From contig SNRW01000062.1 of the NCBI GenBank assembly GCA_008636045.1, forward strand, positions 1 to 33,126: a stretch of DNA of 33,126 nt, written 5' to 3'. Every line of letters starts with the position of its first letter. The stretch's first letter is position 1. Origin of the DNA: Streblomastix strix (taxonomy: Eukaryota). The notes beneath the pieces were generated by a model, which worked only from the letters and a program-made list of their open reading frames with translations, ran no database searches and was not told the origin of the DNA. This document shows positions 1 to 10,591 of the stretch, in pieces. Position numbers and translations under genes: made by a program.

Positions 1-693
1 TTACAAATTAAAATCAGATAATTTTGGAATAAAAGTGTTTCTCATCATTTTATTATAAAAAATTAATTATTCATCTCCAATCATTAATTCTTATGTCATA
101 ATCAACTAATTTATCCAGATCATTAATGGAATGAAAAGTTTTATGATTGGCATCTAAATGTTGGATCAACAGTTTATTATTCAACTACATTAGATTGTTA
201 ATAATAATTTGTCAAAAAAATGAAGGTCAAGTATTTGAGACCGGACTGGAAAATAGTGACACCTAGGAGAAGGACAAGGCTCGAACAAGGGGACTAATTT
301 GCAGATGCGACGGCAAAACGAATAAATGCTCAAGAAGCGCTTCTGATCGCGAAGTAGAATGGATTAAATCGTCAACACAAAGTTGAGCAAACAGTAAATA
401 TGTATGCAATGTTGTGCGTTGGAGCAAATGCAGTTGCATAACTGAGAGAATTTGCAAACACAGCTACAGAGTTGAGAGGAGTATTAGATGGCAGTTTATT
501 ATAAGCAGATATATTCTCAGAAGATAGTACTGAGAGCTTTAAAAGGGTTTTGGAGGTTTGGAAAGTGGTTCAGTTTAATATCCTATATCAAAAGGATCGT
601 ACATGTATCCACAACTTTAAATCCAACAATTGTAGTCACTAGTGCACTTTAATCGACCATTCCAGTTATTCCAACCATTCGAGCCCCTTGTGA
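1..693 (+). CDS. TGA-free frame open from the window edge: unknown N-terminal ~70 aa joined to a putative DIRS gag-like region
   Basis: Frame 1 has no TGA from position 1 to TGA 691-693 (LQIKIRQFWNK...DWHLNVGSTVYY...MKVKYLRPDWKIV...QLREFAN...). It lies directly upstream of pol. Confidence 0.4.
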
Positions 694-3060
694 TATAATA
701 AACGTCGTTCGAAACAAAAAAATACGGCTATGGAAAGAGAATAGCAACGGGAAGAGGATTTCTGACAAAAGCACGTGAAATACGAGGCAGGAAAGCCTTT
801 AATTAGAACTTCACATCATAATGAGGGTAGCGAATGAGAATAGACATGAATATTTAGAGTGTGAATAATGTGAGTTGAATGATAACTAGGAATAGGAAAT
901 GAAAAAATGTGAGATAGAGGAAGTAGAAGAGGAAGAGTCGTTTGAATGATTGTTTTTACAGAATAATTATCCAAAACCCAACACAAATTTGAATGGAGCG
1001 CGTTTATTAAGTTTTAACAAAGTTTAAGAAAAAATCAATATTGATATAACAATTAAAATAGGTTATTATATAAGATGGAAAGACCAAGAGGGTAAGGCAA
1101 TATTGGCACAGTAAAGAAGAATAATTTAATTCTATAGTAACGTGGAGTAAGCAAAATAACCAGATAAGTTGATAACAGAGGAGTTGAGTTAAAGAAAAAT
1201 AAAAGTAATCAATTAATAAGAAATATAGTTGAAGAATGGAATGTTCGCAATAAAGAAACCTGGAGCTGGATTGGGATGGATATTGGATTGCTGACCATTG
1301 AACGCTCAACTAAGAGCATAACACTTCTCGATGAATGATTTAAATAAAATATTAGAAATATGAAGAAAAGAGAATTGAATATGCTTATTAGTCATAAAAT
1401 AATGTTCAATGACGTAACTGTGACGGATGAATGGGACTAATATCTAGCATTCGCATATATAGGGTTACATTATACACAGGTGGTAGTGCCACTTGGGACG
1501 TCAATTGCACCAGAGACCTTTGCAAAGACAATATAAATACTAACAGGTAGAATTTAAAGCAAGAGTTTAGTTCGATTAGTTTATTTCACAGACGATATTC
1601 TATTTCTTATGTAGAATCAGCAATAGTCGAAGAAAGAAACGCAATGGATAGTGCAAGTATTTCGTATATATGGATAAGTGATTAAGGAAAAGAAGATCAA
1701 ATTGACCCCAGAACAGCAGTTCATATTCTTGAGATGGATGTTCAACTTGAAAACAATGAAAATTTCGTTGACTTGCGATAAATGGAAAGAGTTAAAGAGT
1801 CAATTATAGAAATAGATAAGACTAGCTATGGAATAAAAATAATAAAGAGTAAAAGACGTGGCAAGTTTGGTTGGTATGCTCAGGTTTTCTACTCCATAAT
1901 TTAAACGAGGAGGACTGTATCTATAATAAAAAATAAATGAATGAGCAAAGCTGCGAGAGTAATGGGTTGGACGAGCGAAATAATTTTGACAAAGAAATTC
2001 TTGACAGAAATATAATGATGCATATGTTAATTTGATAGCAATTAACCGAAAATGTTAGATATGAGTGTGGAATTGATAATAATGTAGACAAATGCATCGA
2101 TAACGTGAAGGGGGGCAAGTGCGATAAGTAAAAAAAACGAATTAATAGGATATATAGACAATGGGAAATTATCATCGAAAACTTGAACTTACTGGAAATA
2201 TTATTGTTTTATATAGCAATTCAAGCACTTAATGAATACATGCATCAATATGTATACGGCAGAATAATAACAGAAACAGTTAAAACAACATCATATTTTT
2301 CAATGGGAAAAGCAAAGGCAAAATGCAATTTGAAAAAATGATAGATTCGATCATATAAATAGAAAAAGAAATTGGATGGACAAATATAATGCGACATATA
2401 GCTGGGAAGTTGAATAAGGAAGCGGACGCTTTATGAAGATTGTCAATGGCCGGGATTAATCAATAAAGAAGGAAATATTAAAGGACGTGTTGAACAAATG
2501 GTAAGTAAAAATAACAGTGGACTTGATTGCAGTAAGAAAAAATAGTAAACATAGAAGATATTATACCCTTTGCAGAGATAAATAGGCACTAGGACGGGAT
2601 TCTATGAGAATCCCTTGGGAATAAGAGTTTTCATTAATATATCCACCAATTCCAATGATTAGTAGAGTATTAAAGAAAATAATAGTGGATAAAGCATAAG
2701 AGGTAATGATAGTATCTTATTGGCCAGGGTATATTTTGTGGATATATCTAAAGGAAATAACAGTAAGAGAGAAGGAATTGGGAGAGGGCGAGAAGGTGTT
2801 GGAGATGAAATCGAAGATGAAGAAGATAAACCTGAAAGTTCCTCCTAAGAGGATATTGGCTTTAGAGGTAAACGGGGATAAGATGGAGCAAAGCTATTTC
2901 GAAATGCGTTAGGAGTATCCAGATTATCAAGAAGTGCAATTAGAACAATAATAGATAACTGGCATGTGAGTTGGAAAAGGCATGTCTGTGCGCTATCAGC
3001 CTTTTGGGAGAATATGAGGAGGAGAGGAATGAGAGAAGAGTAGTTTACAAGGATAGAGAA
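220..3060 (+). mobile_element. Degenerate DIRS-like (tyrosine-recombinase class) retrotransposon, truncated at the 3' end; boundaries approximate
   Basis: With TAR=Gln: RT motifs ILDC*PLN, GTSIAPETF, VYFTDDILF (DD at 1591-1596) and FLRW; RNase H end HIAGKLNKEADAL*RL (2395-2442); MT-like VDLIA...RYYT...YPPIPMISRVLKK...YWP (2517-2725). The RT-RH-MT order is characteristic of DIRS. Purine-rich, higher-GC block. Confidence 0.85.
1240..2885 (+). pseudogene. DIRS pol pseudogene: reverse transcriptase, RNase H and methyltransferase-like domain
   Basis: Motifs as above, interrupted by TGA at 1361, 1376 and 2434 and by frameshifts. Confidence 0.85.
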
Positions 3061-3069
3061 ACCATATAT

Positions 3070-3548
3070 AATAATAGCAGAAAAAAGTCTAAAAAGTATA
3101 ACAAAAATAAATTCACAAAGCCGATTCTCAGGAGGAAGAAGATGAAGATATGAAATCTTTTGAATGAAATGATGAGTAAGATGAAAGAGAGGAAGAATCA
3201 ATAAGCGAAGCCATTGAAAATCAATTAAAGAAATAAATTAGAAAAAGGGTTGTTAAAACATCAAAAACTCCATAAATTAATTATACTTATCATCAACTTG
3301 ATTTAGAAGAATTAATCAGGTTTAGAACTGAAAATTCATTTATTAAACTATAACAATAAGATGTTGTTAAATAAATAGAGAAATTTAAATAAAAAGTTAA
3401 ACGATATAAGTAACCACGAAGTCGTTGCTCAAATCAGTACCATAAATAATCTATTGAAAAGGAAGATCCATAAGAATAATAAGTTTAATAAGAAGAATAT
3501 GTATAGTTTGAATAATAGAATAAAGATATTAATTTTAATTTATATTGA
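3070..3548 (+). pseudogene. Gln/Glu/Lys-rich coding-like fragment of unknown function
   Basis: Reads ...QIHKADSQEEEDEDMKSFE*NDEQDEREEESISEAIENQLKKQIRKRVVK...EQQNKDINFNLY* with TAR=Gln. One internal TGA; ends at TGA 3546-3548. Confidence 0.4.
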
Positions 3549-4032
3549 AACAATTATTTTTTGTTATTTATTCAAAATGGATTAGACACGATATTATTAT
3601 CTTAAACAGTAAGAAACACAACTATTAAACGAATATTGACAAAAGACTAAAGAGATTTTAACATTTATTTTATATAATTATTATTGAAAATAATCCTTTC
3701 AAAAATTTTTAAAAAATAACTGTTTAGAATTACAAAACATTAAATATGATATAATAATTAATATAATATATTTTATTTTATTTGGAATTTTTAATTATTG
3801 CTTTTATCGCTGGGGTCGTAGCGTATGGTGCTGCCAAACCGAAACTACTTCTTCAGTGGATAAGTTCAATTCCTGCATAAGCCAATGTTGGCAGACATAG
3901 AAACTGTCTAATCACTTCAAAGAGGGTTGATAATGCCACAGCTGTGATGTGCCTGAGTTGAGTGTAGTTGCAGCCACCTCTAATAAGGGTTTTTATTAAA
4001 CTTTTTATCAAAATATTTTTTATCCTATCCTA

Positions 4033-4310
4033 TCTATGCTACTTATATAAAAAAATTACAATCTCATAGCAAAAAAAAATAAAAAAACGCACGATTTTTC
4101 TTAGACTCTAGACATATATATATATAAGTAGCATAAATTCATTCTATATAAGTTATATTTAGAAAAAATGGGTTACTTCCCCGTTGCTTAGAAGTAATGT
4201 ATTTTTTTGACATGCAGTTGAAAATTTGACCTTTAATTTTTTGTTAAAAATATATAAATTATATTTATTTTAAGCAGAAAATCCGCAGCGGAGCGCGGGT
4301 AGACCCCTTG
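4033..4310 (+). mobile_element. Non-autonomous mini-Helitron, copy 1 (278 bp)
   Basis: Preceded by A; starts TCTATGCTACTTATATAAAA; hairpin CCGCAGCGGAGCGCGG (4283-4298) 12 nt before the CTTG end; near-identical copy follows immediately. Confidence 0.8.
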
Positions 4311-4586
4311 TCTATGCTACTTATATAAAAAAATTACAGTCCCACAGCAAAAAAAATCGAAAAACGCACGATTTTTCTCAGACTCCAGACATATTTATAT
4401 AAGTAGCATAAATTCATTCTATCTTAAATAAATTTAGAAAAAATGAATTACATCCTTGTTGTCGAGAAAAAATGAATTTTTTTGACTGGCAGTTGAAAAT
4501 TTGACTTTTGAATTTTTTGGTAAAAATATGCTAAATATATTTATTTTAAGCAGAAAATCCGCAGCGGAGCGCGGGTAGACCCCTTG
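4311..4586 (+). mobile_element. Non-autonomous mini-Helitron, copy 2 (276 bp)
   Basis: Same TC start and identical 3' end (aagcagaaaatccgcagcggagcgcgggtagaccccttg) as copy 1, with internal substitutions. Confidence 0.8.
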
Positions 4587-7500
4587 TCTAACATATAATA
4601 AAAGTCACTTCCCATTGCGGCTTAAAAAAATCTATAAAGGGAGGTACGAAACCGGCAATGATGCTATAATGCGCACAACATATAAAATAGATTAGGCATA
4701 GCCCCTTAATTAGACGTTCCAATTTTTAGTGTTCGTGAAAAAACGGTTTTTTTTCAAGGAACAGTTGAAAATTTGATCATAAGTTTTTTTGGTGAATATG
4801 AGCTAAAAATACATTTTAATACTCAAAAAGTATAGTGGCGGCGAGCAAAACTTCAAAATTTGAGAATTTGAAATTTTAATAGAATTCAAGCCGTTATGGG
4901 GTCAGACTGGAAAAAATTTGTAAAGTCTGATAATTTTTTTCAATATGGGCGCGATCTGTTTTTTCGATTTTCAGTTAAATGAATTTTTATTGATTAATTT
5001 TATACATTTCATATTTATTTAATAAAATAAATCGTCTGTTTCGCTTTTCTCATGGAAGACCGAACGTTTTGCGCCCTTTTTAAAAATATGTATTTCTCGA
5101 CTGTCTTACACCCATTTATATTTGTATTGCAAATTTTAATTAATTGTATCTTTACTATTTAAAACTAATTAAAAATATTAAAGTATTAGTTTTAGATGCT
5201 TGCATATTTTCATTTTTTAAAATAAAACTAATTATACTCACCAAACATTTATTAAAATTTCATTTTTATTTAATTTGTTAATTATTAATGTTTTATTTAC
5301 ATTATTTTATTTAAAATTTTAAATCAATTTGTTAATATTCTATCGATTTACCAGACATTTCGCATATTTTATTTAAATTTTCTGTATTTCTAAACACTTT
5401 TCAAACAAATTTTCTATTTTTTATGAATTTTAATTAAATATATTTTAATATCTTTAAAAATTATTAATAAACTTAATATTATCTTTATGGGATTATTTTT
5501 AGAAGTTCTGGATTAAATTCCATTAAATATGGTATCTATAGATCTTTAATTAAAATTACTCCACTCTATACATATATCTATAAGATTCTATTATTTGGAA
5601 TTTTGTTGATGATAATATAAAAACAATTTAAATAAATTATTAATAAGCTGAATTATTCATACATAATTCTTATAAAGAATGATTAGATGTAACAAGTATA
5701 GTTAATACTTCAAATTTTGATTCAAAATCAGTATAACATTCTTTTGTCCCTATCTAATTTGACTCCCCTAAAATTCCTTAAATCCCTGAATTTATCATAA
5801 ATATTAATTGATAGCATTAGATTGATCAGTATTCATCAATTGTTGATGAAATTGAATAAAATTATTCGTCAAATAATAATTAATCGCTTGACTCAAATCA
5901 TTCGAATAACGAATAATAAATTAAATAAAATATTTATAATAAAATTTGAATATTCGATAAAAAAATATTAACGTATCAAACAACTTGCTAATGTTATGGA
6001 GCTAAAAGATGGTGGGCTGAAGCAAAATAGTCATCAAAATATAATTCACCATTTTCTGAATGTTGCAATCATGGTCGATGGATAAACCCACATAAATTTG
6101 AAAGATATCCTATTCTTTTCAAATAACTTCTTAATTATGAACATGAAAAATCTAAACATTTCATGAGAAATATTAGGAAATTTAATTCTTCCATATCATT
6201 TGCGTCGATAAATGCATAATAAGTATAACCAGAAGGTAGTGTTGCATAAGTTTATAGAATTCATAATTAGATCTATAGAACGACAGGGCCTCTAATATCT
6301 TCAAACAAAAATTTAGAAAAATTTAGTCATTACTGCATTTTTGATCCTGATGAAGATGTCGAATAGAGATTAAAAGATTACTAATAATAATAACAATAAA
6401 AAAAGTATTCCTGAAAATAAATAAATAAAATTAGATAAAGAGCTTCTGACAAAAATTGTTTAAGATTTAAGTGATAGAAATCCATTTGTGAAATAATATA
6501 AATATTTATATTAAATATTTAAAGAATAAGTAATGAAATTTTAAAACAAAGAAATAAAATAGATTCCAAAATTGTCTTTATAACTTAATTCAGATACTAA
6601 TAAAGATCCAAGAAGATTCAATGACCCTAAAACAGATGAAATAGCTGTAGTTTATCTTAGCAGAGATGGAAATATACATCCTCTTTAAGGATTTACATTC
6701 CATGCAAGGGATGATTGATTATAAACAATAAATATTTTAAAATCCTCATGCAAATACAATGATTTTTCCAATATTTTTTCCATATGGAGAATAAGGATGG
6801 CATCCAGGAATTAAGATGATATCAAATGGATAAAAAAGAGAAAATTTCACATTACTTCAATACTACTCATCACCTCTCTTCGAATAAGAAGGAATTTGGT
6901 CCCCTATTTTACATGGTGGTAAACTATTACACTAATTCGTGGTTGATGGGTTCACAAAAATTGAGCAAAATAACATAAATTATTATAGATTTAATTAAGA
7001 CAAATTTAGAAATGAAAAATATAGTGTACTATCCGATTATAAAAAAGTAGTGGCAGAACCTGAAACATAAAATTAGACCAATCCAAAAACAAAAGTCTGG
7101 AAAACCTGTAATTCTTTCGGCAAAATATAATGGAAGTCCTAGGCATATGTATCAATTATTCTTAGATGCGATGGCTATTGTAAGAAAATATGGGAAACCT
7201 GTTTTCTTCGTAACATTTACAGCAAATCCACATTGGTAAATGATAATTGATAACTTATTTTCAAGCTGGACAGCTTAAGATAGTCCAGATATTTGATGTA
7301 GAGTATTAGTAATAATGAAGAATCAATTAATTGAAGATATAATTAAAGAAGGATTATTAGGATAATATGTTTATTTGATTGTTTAAATTGAATTTCAAAA
7401 AATTGGGCCTTCCTCATGTTCACCTTCTATTTATAGTGCGTGAAGATGATATTCCTAAGTTGATAGGGAAGCTTGACGAAATGATTTAAAGCGAACTACC

Positions 7501-10500
7501 TGATCCTATTACCGATCCTGAATATTATTATTTAGTAGGAACACATTTAATTCATGGCCCCTGCGATAATGGAGACTCTCGATATTGCAACAATGGATAG
7601 TGTACAAAAATATATCCGAAATAATATAGAGAGGAAACATCATTTTAAAAAAATGGGTTTCCAAATTATCGAAGAAGAAATTCAGGGATAACTTTTTTGA
7701 AAAACGGAAGAAGAATTGGAAATGAGTGGGTTGTGCCCCATAATAAAACACTACTTCTCAAATACAAAACTCATTTAAATGTTGATTTATGCGCAAGTAT
7801 TGAAGGAGTAAAATATCTATTCAAGTATATTCATAAAGGTCGTGAAGCTGCTTGGCGAATTGGTGCTTTTGGTCTAAGTATCAAGACTCATTCAATATTA
7901 TAATTAGTAATTCATTTAGAAAATGAATAGAGTATATAATTCACTGATGGGAATAAAAAATCTACATTATAGAAAAATAATTCGAATAAATCACCACTTA
8001 CTGCATTTTTTGACTTCAATGATAAATTTTAGAAAAATTTAATTAATGTTCAAGATAAAACAACTATTTATTATACATATTTACAATTTCCGGAACATTT
8101 CTCTTATAGTGAATCTAGTCGCACTTGAAAAAGTAGAAAAAAAGGAGACCCTGGATAAATTGGAAGATTATATACAGTGAGTGTACGATATAGAGAAAAA
8201 TCTTTTTTGAAAATATTACTTATGCATGTTTAAGATCAAACATCATATTAATATTTGAGAACTCACAGAGAAGATAATACAATAATATATCCAACATATG
8301 AAGAAGCTGCAATTGCTAGAGGATTAGTATAAAATGATAGTGAGTGGGATTTGGTTTTAGAAGAGGTAGTCATAACTTAAATGCCAATTGATTTAAGATA
8401 ATTGTTTGAAATTTTAATTGTACACAATAATATAATAAATGCAAAAAGATATTTGGAGAAAATATTAATTTCAAATGAGTGAAAATTTTATAGACAAAGG
8501 ATATATTCAAGAAGAAGCTATAAAATAGGCTTATTAATATTTCAAAGAAAACTTAAAGAAAATATTATTAAATTTGAATTACTAATTTAATCTCCAGAGG
8601 AGCCTAATATATAAAAATAATAATAATGCTTAAATTTTGAAGAAGAATTTGCAAAAAGATATAAAACACTTAATGACAAATAGATGCATGCTTTTAATAC
8701 TATCATCTCAAATAATCGCACAATAAACTTTTTCTTCATTGATTAACCAGGTGGAAGTGGAAAGATTTTTTATATTAAACGTTGTATTATTATTATCAAT
8801 CAAATAATAAAAAAGTAATAACTTCTACTTTATCTGGAATCGCAGCTACTCTTTTGCCTGAGGGATAAACACTTCATGGCATTTTAAAACTAAGTTTAGA
8901 TACAGTTACTGGAGAATTAGCACCAAATATTTCAATTAATAGAAATTATGCTTTTTAATTAGCATCTTTTGATATCATTATTATCGACGAAGCTCTAATA
9001 AGTTCAAGATATATATTTGAAGCAATAGATAAATTTTTCAAATTATTATTTAATAATGAATTGTTATTTGGAGGAAATTTAATAGTTTTAGTCGGAGATT
9101 TCAGATAAATATTACTTGTAATGCCATGTTCAATAGAAGTGAAAATATAGGAACCTGTTTAAATCAATCTGAACTATTATGGCCCAATATTCAATTTCTT
9201 CCATTGGTTTAAAATATGAGATTAATCCAATCAAGTTCTTCAATTGCAGAATTTAATTAGTTATTATTGAATATTGGAGAAGATAAATTGTTTTATGATT
9301 CAAAAGGTTATATAGAGTTAGATATAAGACTGATTACTCAATTTCTATTAATTAATACAATTATTTTCGACGAAATTAATTACAGTATTATTGATGATCT
9401 GTCAGATAGGGTAATATTAACTTCAACTAATAAGGAATCATTAGAAATAAAGGAATAAATACTGAATAAGCTATCTGGAATTATTTTGTCATTTCTAAAT
9501 AGTGACAGAGTAATTGAAGATGATAGACATTCGTCACTTAACTATTCCGAAGAATTTTTTAATACGCAAAAACCATCATGTATGCTTCCACATATATTAA
9601 ATCTAAAAGATGGTGCTATAGTTATGTTACTAAGAAATATAAACGTTAAACAAGGACTTTGTAATGGAATAAGATTGTCCAAAATTTCTATATAAAGTAA
9701 TCGTCTTTTGAAATGTCGAATAATTACAGGTTCACATAAGAATGAATTAGTTTTAATTCCAAGAATTGACTTATAACCTTTAGATAAATTGCTTCCCTTT
9801 GAATTCTTCAGAAGATAATTTCCAATCATACTTTTATTTTCAATGACAATCAATAAATCTCAAAGATAATCATTCAGTACTCTTGGAATATGCCTACAAA
9901 AAGAATGTTTTTCTTATAGATAATTATATGTTGCACTCTCAAGGTGCATGTCACTTGAAGGACTTCATATCTAATTGAGTAATACTCACAAAAAAGATTT
10001 TAAAACAAGAAATATTATATATTCTAATATTTTTTTAACTCTTTAATCAAATAATTTATAAATTAGTAATAATGCAAAAGATTAAATTTAAGATAAACTT
10101 GAAATTTTTAATGATTAAGATGATGTATTTAATATTTTTAAGGATGATTCTGAAGATTTTGAGGAACGAGAAGAAGTAGGTGATGATTTTGATAATATTG
10201 AAGATGAATAGGATTTACAAATTTTATAAATATAAAGGAATGATTTTGATAATGCTGAAATATAAGACGAAAATCATAAAGATAATATTATTTAAGAAAG
10301 TTTTATGTAAGAAATTAATGATACAATAAAATATTTAAATTCATCGGATAAATGAATGAGGCGAATAACATAGTAAAGATAAGATAAATTTAATTTTTTT
10401 ATATAATAAACATTTCATAATTGCTACTGTTATTGAACTATTTTTTATATATTTATTATTTTTGAAAGGAAAATTAATAAAACTATTAAAAAAATTGATT

Positions 10501-10591
10501 GAATATATATAATATTAATAAAATTTCTAATAATAAATTCAACTATTTAAAATCAAACAACTTCGGAAGCGAAGCGACAGTAACTTCCCTG
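4587..10591 (+). mobile_element. RepHel-coding Helitron (decayed autonomous element)
   Basis: Starts TCTAACATATAATAAAA directly after the previous CTTG. Contains the RepHel pseudogene. Imperfect 3' hairpin CTTCGGAAGCGAAGCGACAG (10561-10580) followed by CCTG|T. Confidence 0.85.
5423..10355 (+). pseudogene. Helitron RepHel (HUH Rep nuclease + PIF1-family SF1 helicase), multiply frameshifted; start approximate
   Basis: Zn-finger-like CQC..AKRW..E..CCNHG (5986-6075); FMRNIRKFNSSISFAS; GSPRHM..DAMAIVRKYGKP.FFVTFTANPHW; HUH EFQKIG/LPHVH (7390-7423); Y2 KYLFKYIHKG (7811-7840); Walker A PGGSGK (8747-8764); IIIIDEA (8974-8994); FGG..IVLVGDFRQIL; RRQFP; TINKSQRQS; QLYVALSR; stop TGA 10353-10355. Confidence 0.95.

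Noticed and set aside
1560..1620. Bacterial RT system (retron, DGR or group II intron)
   Set aside because: The RT is followed by DIRS-type RNase H and MT-like domains and uses TAR=Gln. No template/variable repeat pair or msr-msd structure was seen.
263..3201. Minus-strand ORFs 263..457, 1007..1309, 1921..2175, 2845..3201 (also 7509..7751, 9542..9853)
   Set aside because: Antisense shadows of purine-rich plus-strand transposon coding sequence with no recognisable motifs.
3835..3860. Hammerhead ribozyme core (CGAAAC / CTGAAGA)
   Set aside because: The two core motifs are on opposite strands, so they cannot form one ribozyme.
1290..8128. TGA also reassigned (to Trp), i.e. all three stops recoded
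   Set aside because: In-frame TGAs occur only in frameshifted, decayed transposons, also at likely Arg and Ser positions. TGG is used normally, the host-like 3-kb frame has no TGA, and RepHel ends at TGA.
4587..10591. Helentron/Helitron2 classification
   Set aside because: No endonuclease domain after the helicase and no subterminal inverted repeats seen. The TC start, 3' hairpin and A|T flanks fit canonical Helitrons.
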